This document shows, one piece after another, positions 8,195 through 15,322 of a stretch of 18,225 bases of DNA. Source of the stretch: Chlamydiia bacterium (GTDB lineage: Bacteria; Chlamydiota; Chlamydiia; Chlamydiales; Parachlamydiaceae); assembly GCA_038257035.1 (NCBI GenBank), contig JBBSJT010000044.1, positions 1 to 18,225 on the forward strand, read 5' to 3'. The position numbers and the translations under genes are program-made. Each line of letters begins with the position of its first letter. Position 1 is the first letter of the stretch. The notes under the pieces are model-generated. The model was given only the letters and a program-made list of their open reading frames with translations. It did no database searches and had not been told where the DNA came from.

Positions 8195-9005
8195 CGACAA
8201 TCATCTCCCATTGCAAAATTTGATCATTTTTTTTAAGATCCCCATGAAAGGAAACAGCTTTAAAAGGGCAACCAATAGTTCCATCGGCAAGACATACAGC
8301 CTCATTGAGCAACATAATTAGATCATCAAGGTCTGAGGGTACCTTTTTTGGCAAAAAATCAAGTAATTCAGGAAATTTAAAACTTAAAGAAAGCCCTGCA
8401 TGCCGATAAAGCTGTTCAAGATTTTCTCCTTTAAGATTAAATGCAATATCTGCCGTATGTTCAATTTCAGTCCAAGGCATAGTGAGCGGCATGCTCCAAA
8501 GAGAGCGATAACGCAAATTTCCTATGCTTTCATAAAGATGAATTGAATCAAATACCACCGGAAGCTTTTGAAAGGAAGCCTCCCACTCATCATTTGAAAA
8601 GGGCTTGCGAGCAACAGTTACATGAGGCAACCAATTTTGATGCGTGTCGTCTGTGTCAAAGCCTTCATTTTTTAGCCATGTTATAAGCTCTTTTTGGCAT
8701 TTTTCCAAACGTATTGCATTTTCAAAAAAATCAACATGCCACGCGACCACATTTGGTTGATTTTTTGGCAAAAATAGCAACTGATCAAAAATAGCTGCAA
8801 GACCTGATGGAAAGTTAAATGAGGGAAATGTTTTGAGTAAGGGAATTAATTTTTCGAGATCGGCCTTTCCCAAAAAAGCAAGGGTTGCATGCAATTCATC
8901 CATTTGAATCAGTCTTCCGCTAGGATAATTGCTTGGCCAAGGAGCGTTGCTTTTAAGTCCAAAAAATAAGTTGTTAGCTGACTCTTGAATCATATTTTCA
9001 TACAT
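8187..9005 (-). CDS. Fusion of 2H phosphoesterase (ThpR/LigT-like RNA 2',3'-cyclic phosphodiesterase) and C-terminal archease domain
   Basis: N-part: LFFGL, LHATLAFLG, WLPHVTVAR (two HxT motifs), IHLYES...Y. C-part (8474-8187): WTEIEHTADIAFNLKGENLEQLY...KAVSFHG...WEMIVDV-stop, matching archease HTAD, KAVTYH and terminal DV. Start uncertain (TTG 9029, ATG 9005 or ATG 8993). Confidence 0.9.
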   Translation of the reverse strand: MYENMIQESANNLFFGLKSNAPWPSNYPSGRLIQMDELHATLAFLGKADLEKLIPLLKTFPSFNFPSGLAAIFDQLLFLPKNQPNVVAWHVDFFENAIRLEKCQKELITWLKNEGFDTDDTHQNWLPHVTVARKPFSNDEWEASFQKLPVVFDSIHLYESIGNLRYRSLWSMPLTMPWTEIEHTADIAFNLKGENLEQLYRHAGLSLSFKFPELLDFLPKKVPSDLDDLIMLLNEAVCLADGTIGCPFKAVSFHGDLKKNDQILQWEMIVDV

Positions 9006-9051
9006 ATTCGATATTATTTTGGCTGTCAACTTTAATTCAAAACAAAATAAG

Positions 9052-9088
9052 AAAAAATAAAGGAGTGGAACATCTCCACTCCTTTATT
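9052..9088 (-). terminator. Intrinsic terminator of the 289-aa gene (hairpin A')
   Basis: Perfect 14-bp stem AATAAAGGAGTGGA-acatc-TCCACTCCTTTATT with a T-run on the minus strand, 63 bp after the stop at 9152. Confidence 0.8.
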
Positions 9089-9151
9089 AAGTTATAATAC
9101 TTAGAGTTTAAACTCTCTAAAACAAGCCGCAGAGCCACCTTATGGTAATTT

Positions 9152-10021
9152 TTATGTCTTATAATTATCAAAAATAGTCATATCAACCCCGACTTTTTTG
9201 GCAATCTCTAGGGTTTCAGCAGTTGGTTTAGCGCCCAATTCTAATAATGTTATTATAGTGTCATTCGCCTGATTTTTTATTAATTCAATAACTTTCTTAG
9301 TAACGGTTTTATCTAGCATCTGCGTATTAACTCTTTCATACTTATTCTGGATTGCATAATTTAAATTATTGGTTGTTGGCTTATACCCAAATTCGGATAA
9401 AATTATCATTTTCCCGATTTCATCTTTTTTAATGGCGGTTTCAAAACTTTTTTCAGTAGCGTATGCACCTTTTTCCAATGTTTCTCTAAATGTATTATCA
9501 TCTTTAAACATAGTAATCATAGACAGTTCAATATAGAGTTGTTTATGTTTATTAGATAAAGGTACGAAGTCAAAATATAATTTAGGTTTTGGACCTTTAA
9601 AAGCATCAAAAAGATTAGCCAAATCTTCCTGTGGAAGAGTTAATAAGATTTGTTTTATTTCTGCTTTGACATTATTAAGCTTTTCTTTCATCTCATCAAA
9701 TGTAAGATTGGCCTTATATTCGTCTGAAGTCACAAGATGTGAGAGTGCTTCTTTTTGATCCTTATATTTTTCGGGAAGTTTATCTGCCAATGAGCGTCCA
9801 AAGCTTGCTACTTTCAGAAATTCTTGATTTTTGACGACATGGATGGTTTTTTCGTTCAAACTACTTGTTATCGAGGAAAGAGTGCTCGTGTCCTCATTAT
9901 TTAAGTAGGACATAATCTTTTCGTGAATTTCCGGTAGTAATTCCTTCTTGTGTAATGGCCCTTCTTTTATAGTGTTTGGGGTGGGTTGAATATTTGAATT
10001 TCCGCCGTTTATGCTTTGCAT
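9152..10021 (-). CDS. F-box-like protein with C-terminal ankyrin-like repeats; putative type III effector
   Basis: 289 aa, GAGGTG RBS. S/N/P/T-rich N-terminus; LLPEIHEKIMSYLN F-box-like motif; three repeats GAYATEKSFETAIK, GYKPTTNNLNYAIQ, GAKPTAETLEIAKK. Confidence 0.7.
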   Translation of the reverse strand: MQSINGGNSNIQPTPNTIKEGPLHKKELLPEIHEKIMSYLNNEDTSTLSSITSSLNEKTIHVVKNQEFLKVASFGRSLADKLPEKYKDQKEALSHLVTSDEYKANLTFDEMKEKLNNVKAEIKQILLTLPQEDLANLFDAFKGPKPKLYFDFVPLSNKHKQLYIELSMITMFKDDNTFRETLEKGAYATEKSFETAIKKDEIGKMIILSEFGYKPTTNNLNYAIQNKYERVNTQMLDKTVTKKVIELIKNQANDTIITLLELGAKPTAETLEIAKKVGVDMTIFDNYKT

Positions 10022-10061
10022 ACTACACCTCTGTTAAGTAATTAACTAATTACATAATCGT

Positions 10062-10091
10062 ATTATACTACTAAACTAAAATTAGTGACAA
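10062..10091 (-). promoter_or_regulatory. sigma70/sigma66-type promoter (TTGTCA-N18-TATAAT) of the 289-aa gene
   Basis: Consensus -10 about 40 bp upstream of the ATG; duplicated at 6680-6709. Confidence 0.7.
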
Positions 10092-10128
10092 TGTATTAAA
10101 TAGTTTGTAAATATTATTTACAATAAGG

Positions 10129-10241
10129 CGATTAGGGACAGTTCTTCATAAGTGCATAACTTTTAATCGAGGTTTGTGAGGTGTAAAGGTTAAGTCGTCG
10201 ATTAAAAAGTTATGCACTTATGCGAGAACCGTCCCCCAATC
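10129..10241. repeat. Long inverted repeat (42/44-bp arms, 27-nt spacer) with G(G/A)GGGAC(A/G)GTTCT-type ends; REP/MITE-like
   Basis: 10129-10170 pairs with 10198-10241; core CATAAGTGCATAACTTTT is perfect. Confidence 0.85.
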
Positions 10242-10333
10242 GTTATACCGCTCTTTTCGCATACGTATTAGAAAACGGGTTAAAGCCCGTTAAAAAAGGC
10301 TCAGGCTAAAGCCTAAGGTACAAAACACGGATG

Positions 10334-12472
10334 CTAAGGGTTTTTATCGGGTTTGTTGGAGAGGGCGGAAATAAAGTTACGGAATGCTTCCGTGTGTTTT
10401 ACGTTGGTTAACCATTCATCATGCATGATATCGTCTAATGGCGGCAGGGACCCGACAGCTTCTGCACGTTCCATGTAATGGATGGCAGATTTAACATTAT
10501 TATTGAGTGCGTAAAGGCATGCAAGATTGTAATAAGTGGGTAGTGAGCCTAAAGATAAGGCATGAAAAAATTTACCTTCGGCAAGCTCGTAAATTGATTT
10601 GGATTGTCCTGGAAGACAAGATTCATCGATAAGTTCTGCCTGATGTAATAGACATAGTCCCCAATCATTCCAAGCTACTTCATCCTCACGGTCTTCAGAA
10701 AGTAAAATTTCAAAATGCTCTGATGCTTTTTGTAAACATTCAAGATCAGAGACTGACTCACCAAGATGAGACAAGGCTAAAGCTAAATTGTATCTTGCGT
10801 GTACATAATCAGGATCAATTTTTACTACATTTGCCAAAATTTGAACCGCTTTCTCATAGCTATTTTGATCGCCGGTAAAATCTCCGTGCATATCGAGTGC
10901 GCATCCATAATTGTAAAGCCACTCCAAGTCAATTTCTTCGCCATCAGTGTTTTCACCCTGGCGCTTAATCAACTCTTCAAATTTCATTAAAGCAGAATCA
11001 AGATAATCCGGCTCTATAGTCATTTCAGCAAGACGCATCAGTCCTACAGCCCAGTCATTCCAAAACTGTAAAAAAACCTGACCTCCAAATTCGAGGACCT
11101 GTGAGCAATATCTAATAGATTTTTCAATCATCAATCGATCATTAAGCATGTCGCCGAGGGCAAAATTAGACATGGCAAGGCCATACCAAAGAAGAGGATC
11201 TGTTTGTGTTAGAGAAAGCCCCCACTGGAATTTTTCTATAGCGGACTTATAAAAATTTTGATCATTAAAATAGCGGCCGAGTTCGTTCAAGCAGATTCCA
11301 TATAAATACCAAATTTCAGCAGCTTCCGGATTTACTTCTAGACTGCGTACAAATTTTTCTTCGGCTTGCCTTAATAGATTAATTTCATCTGTATTAGCGC
11401 CAAGAAGCATTTCAGCCTCGCCCCAGCGGCTTAAAATTCCGGGATGATTAGGCTCAATTTTATCTGCTTGCATAAATTTTTCAAGGCTTTGCTCTAAATA
11501 AGAGATCTCTCGTTTTAATTTGCCCAAAGTGGCAAGAAGCTGTCCCCATTTTAACCAAACGACAGCATGATGAAATTCCGTTTTTTCTTCGTATTTGACA
11601 GCCCTTTCAAAAGATTCATTTGCCTTTTCAAAATAGTCAAGATCAATTGTAATTTCAAAAACACATTGATAGGCACATGCCAAGTTAAAATGACCTTGAA
11701 ATTGGTTTTCATTTGCTTTAATAGAATTGTTGTAGTGATCGATTGCTTCAAAAAAATACTCTTTTTTGCCAATTAAAAAGGCCATTTCGATGACCGCATC
11801 CCCATACACATTCCAAAAGCTTGATGTTTGCATCCCGCATTGACAGGCTTGCTTATACCAATCTAGAGCATAGCGAAAATCCATTGCCTCGCCAGACAAT
11901 TTACCCAAATAAAACCAGCTTTGTCCAAAATCACGATAAAATTCAGCTTTGCAATGAGTGTCATCAATAAGAGTCACTGCTTTTTCGTAATTTGAAATGG
12001 CATCTTGGAAAAAAGGCGCCTCTTCCAAAAGCATTCCTTGCTGAACCAGCACGCGGGCTAAAGAGTAAAGAGCATCAAATGTGTTGGGTTGAAGTTTTAA
12101 TGCTTCTTCAAAATATTTTTTGGCGTAAATAAGAATTTGTACGTTGTGAGGGTATTTTTCACATGACGCACCAAGAGAATAGATAACTTTATAGGAGTCT
12201 TTTGCAATCTTAAAACTTAACTCGAAGCTTGTCAAAAATTTATTATCTTTAGCTTTTAATTGATTAGTTCCAAGTCTTGCATAAAGCCTTCCAAGGATTT
12301 CTCGATCCTCAAAATCCATTGCTTCGGCAGCAGCAGTTGGATTGAAAAAGCTCAATTCCGATTCAAGTGAATCGTCAAAATTTTGAGCATTTTCATCAGC
12401 AGAATTTTCGCTTGCAATTTCACTAGCAACAATAGCTGCTAATTTTTTTTTTAGTTCTTCATTTTTATTCAT
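10334..12472 (-). CDS. Tetratricopeptide-repeat (TPR) protein
   Basis: 712 aa of tandem TPR-like helical repeats (AEIWYLYGICLNELG, HARYNLALALSHLG, TYYNLACLYAL). Confidence 0.88.
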   Translation of the reverse strand: MNKNEELKKKLAAIVASEIASENSADENAQNFDDSLESELSFFNPTAAAEAMDFEDREILGRLYARLGTNQLKAKDNKFLTSFELSFKIAKDSYKVIYSLGASCEKYPHNVQILIYAKKYFEEALKLQPNTFDALYSLARVLVQQGMLLEEAPFFQDAISNYEKAVTLIDDTHCKAEFYRDFGQSWFYLGKLSGEAMDFRYALDWYKQACQCGMQTSSFWNVYGDAVIEMAFLIGKKEYFFEAIDHYNNSIKANENQFQGHFNLACAYQCVFEITIDLDYFEKANESFERAVKYEEKTEFHHAVVWLKWGQLLATLGKLKREISYLEQSLEKFMQADKIEPNHPGILSRWGEAEMLLGANTDEINLLRQAEEKFVRSLEVNPEAAEIWYLYGICLNELGRYFNDQNFYKSAIEKFQWGLSLTQTDPLLWYGLAMSNFALGDMLNDRLMIEKSIRYCSQVLEFGGQVFLQFWNDWAVGLMRLAEMTIEPDYLDSALMKFEELIKRQGENTDGEEIDLEWLYNYGCALDMHGDFTGDQNSYEKAVQILANVVKIDPDYVHARYNLALALSHLGESVSDLECLQKASEHFEILLSEDREDEVAWNDWGLCLLHQAELIDESCLPGQSKSIYELAEGKFFHALSLGSLPTYYNLACLYALNNNVKSAIHYMERAEAVGSLPPLDDIMHDEWLTNVKHTEAFRNFISALSNKPDKNP

Positions 12473-12624
12473 AGTTACAAAGGTAATTTGTTAATCAATC
12501 TATCAATCATACTCTACTTTAATAAAATAACAAAGCAAAAAATATTTTTTTCACTACGAGCGTCTATAATATTTTTTCACCACCAAGCAGGCTTTTCCAC
12601 CACTTAGGAAGTTTTTTACCGCTG

Positions 12625-12842
12625 TGTAGGCCTTTTTTTACCGCGAAGAGCGCGAAGAAGCGCAGCTACGCTGCGGGAAGAAACGCGAAGATAGCGCGCT
12701 TAAGCGCGATTAAGGAAATTTAAACATTACTAAAAAAAATTTCATTTTCCTTCTTCTTCCGCAGCATAGCTGCGCGTCTTCGCGTTTCTTCCCGCAGCGT
12801 AGCTGCGCTTCTTCGCGCCCTTCGCGGTAAAAAAATCCCTAC
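12625..12842. repeat. GC-rich foldback element 1 (59-bp arms made of CGCGAAG units)
   Basis: 12633-12691 and 12777-12835 are reverse complements at 58/59 positions; internal mini-hairpins CGCAGC-tac-GCTGCG; AT-rich spacer. Confidence 0.92.
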
Positions 12843-12857
12843 GAACGGTATAAATTC

Positions 12858-14921
12858 TCAGAGTTTATGGATGGCCTCGATCATCGCCGGTAACTGGTTT
12901 ATAGGCGTTTGGCAGATACCTTCAAAACAAATATATAATGTTGTTTTCCCATCTATTGCAACAAGATCCTTAACAAAAGGAATAACTCTCAATAAATCTT
13001 TATCATCCTGCTGCTTCCAAATCAAGGCTTTGTGAGGTATAAAATGATGATAAATTTCATTTTTTAATTCATTTTCATAGTTTTTGTCTTCATTAAGCGC
13101 AATCACCAAAGTCGGAGCATGCTTGTCATAGTAGCGGTTTAAATTCATCATATGATATGAATATCCGGGGGGATAATTATCAATATATTTTTTTACTGCA
13201 GCAAAAATATCTTCTGCTTGTTCAATATAGGTGTCTTCATTCGTCAGCTGATAAAGTCTTAAAAGATTTTCGCAATGAATAGCATTTCCCGAGGGCTCTG
13301 AGCCATCTGAAAACTGGCATTTTCTTAAAATAAGATTGATGTCAGTTCCATCCGTTTCATAAAATGCGCCATCGGGCTCTTTAAAGCTTTCATCCAAAAT
13401 ATTTGTCATCTCAATAGCAAGCACAAGCCATTCGACCCCATAATCTGACTCGAACAAGCTTAAAAATGCGCGAATAAGACACGCATATTCACTAAGACTT
13501 GCATTAAAGCGGACTTCTCCGTCACGGAATCTGCGAAAGAGTTGCCCATCTTGCCACATATGATTTTTAATAAAATTTGCAGACTTTACAGCTGCATCTA
13601 AAAATTCCGGGCAATTAAGAGCATTTCCTGCCTCAACTAGAGTGTAAATCATTAATCCATTCCAAGCGACTAGTATTTTATCATCTTTAAAAGGATGTTC
13701 CCTATCTTGACGAACCGTAAAAAGAAGTTTTTTCTGTTCCTTGATTGTTTCAGCCAAAAATTGAACGTCTACATTATGTTTTTTTGCAAACTCATCTAAG
13801 TTTAGATGAGTGTGAAGAACATTTCTTCCCTCAAAATTGCCATCCTCTGTCATACCAAAGTACTCAATAAACAACTGACTTGTCTCATCGCCTAAAATGT
13901 TTATTATTTCATCGATTGTCCATGTGTAGAATCTTCCCTCATGTCCTTCAGAATCTGCATCTTCTGCAGAATAGAAACCACCGTTTTTTGAGCTCATTTC
14001 CCTTAATACGTAATCGAGAATTTCTTTGCAAATCTGCTTATGAAAAGGTTTTTGAGTGAGTTGCCAACATTCCAAATAGCTAAAAGCCATTATGGCATTG
14101 TCATAAAGCATTTTTTCAAAATGAGGAATTAGCCACTCCTCATCGATGCTATAACGTGAGAAACCACCTCCTAAGTGATCATAAATGCCGCCACGGTGAA
14201 TCATGTCAAGGGTGCGTTCAACTAAAAAACGGGCTCGGCTGTCTTTGCCTGTCAAGTAGTAGCGAAGCAAAAAATTTAATTGGTACCCGATCGGAAATTT
14301 AGGTGCCCCCTTAATCCCCCCAAAGATTGGATCAGCCATTTTAAATAAAAGGTCAACGGCATCTTCAATTTGTTCTTTTTCCGGAAATTCATCGCCTACA
14401 GGGTTTTGATTATTGGCAAAAATATCCACTATTTTTCTGGCCTGTTCAAGAACGTGCTCACGCTCTTCACTATCCCACATCTGTTTGATTTTCGGGATCA
14501 AATCTTTGAAGCCGACAAGGCCATGACGACCTTCGGGGGGCAAGTAAGTGGCTGCAAAAAAGGGCTCAAGATCTGGTGTAAGAATGACATTTAAAGGCCA
14601 ACCGGAAGCTCCTGACATCATCCCTTGAGCAAATTCCATATAAATTCCATCAATTTCGGGCAACTCTTCACGATCGACTTTGATGTTTACAAATGCATCG
14701 TTCATCATTTCTGCAATTTCCACATTTTCAAAGCACTCTTTTTCCATCACATGGCACCAGTGGCAAGTCGCATAACCAATGGAAAGAAAAATTGGTTTTT
14801 GACTATCTTTGGAGGCTTCAAACGCTTCCTGACCCCATGGGTACCAATCTACCGGATTATATGCATGCTGAAGCAAGTAGGGAGATTTTTCAAGATTCAA
14901 TCGGTTTGCTTTTTTTGCCAT
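12858..14921 (-). CDS. yyaL: Thioredoxin-domain protein, YyaL/DUF255/SSP411 (Spata20) family
   Basis: [88 protein letters not shown]. Confidence 0.94.
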   Translation of the reverse strand: MAKKANRLNLEKSPYLLQHAYNPVDWYPWGQEAFEASKDSQKPIFLSIGYATCHWCHVMEKECFENVEIAEMMNDAFVNIKVDREELPEIDGIYMEFAQGMMSGASGWPLNVILTPDLEPFFAATYLPPEGRHGLVGFKDLIPKIKQMWDSEEREHVLEQARKIVDIFANNQNPVGDEFPEKEQIEDAVDLLFKMADPIFGGIKGAPKFPIGYQLNFLLRYYLTGKDSRARFLVERTLDMIHRGGIYDHLGGGFSRYSIDEEWLIPHFEKMLYDNAIMAFSYLECWQLTQKPFHKQICKEILDYVLREMSSKNGGFYSAEDADSEGHEGRFYTWTIDEIINILGDETSQLFIEYFGMTEDGNFEGRNVLHTHLNLDEFAKKHNVDVQFLAETIKEQKKLLFTVRQDREHPFKDDKILVAWNGLMIYTLVEAGNALNCPEFLDAAVKSANFIKNHMWQDGQLFRRFRDGEVRFNASLSEYACLIRAFLSLFESDYGVEWLVLAIEMTNILDESFKEPDGAFYETDGTDINLILRKCQFSDGSEPSGNAIHCENLLRLYQLTNEDTYIEQAEDIFAAVKKYIDNYPPGYSYHMMNLNRYYDKHAPTLVIALNEDKNYENELKNEIYHHFIPHKALIWKQQDDKDLLRVIPFVKDLVAIDGKTTLYICFEGICQTPINQLPAMIEAIHKL

Positions 14922-14981
14922 AGTTTTGTACCTTTACGTGAAAAATTAGTTTGTACAAATTTTTTAAGAAGGTCAAGAGAC

Positions 14982-15269
14982 TTTTTTACCACGAAGAAAA
15001 ACTATCTAGCTTCTGTAGGCCTTTTTTACAGCGAAGACCGCGAAGGAAGACGCGAAGGCACGAGAAGAAGAGCAGCTTATGCTGCGAGAAAAAAATTACA
15101 CAACTACTAAAATGCAATAAAGAAATGTTATTATTGCCTCCTCTTTTCGCAGCGAAGCTTGCGCTTCTTCGCGCGCCTTCGCGTCTTTCTTCGCGGTCTT
15201 CGCGGTAAAAAAATCCACACTAGCTGTATAAACAAAAAATAAATATTAAAGGTTCTTCGTGGTAAAAAA
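14982..15269. repeat. GC-rich foldback element 2, nested inside a second related inverted repeat
   Basis: Inner arms about 15022-15090 and 15144-15213 (CGCGAAG units, several mismatches). Outer perfect 17-bp IR TTTTTTACCACGAAGAA at 14982-14998 and 15253-15269. Confidence 0.9.
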
Positions 15270-15322
15270 TTCCTTATGTTGTATAATCTTAAGTATCTAA
15301 CAATATAAGGGTTTAAGATTTA

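Noticed and set aside
9103..9116. 14-bp palindrome AGAGTTTAAACTCT
   Set aside because: AT-rich, single occurrence, located in a 3' UTR; could be chance.
14625..15208. 161-aa and 85-aa Arg-rich ORFs
   Set aside because: Composition derives from the CGCGAAG foldback repeat and from antisense yyaL.
15225..15240. CTGTATAAA upstream of uvrA as a LexA/SOS box
   Set aside because: Only a half site; the required ACAG half is absent.
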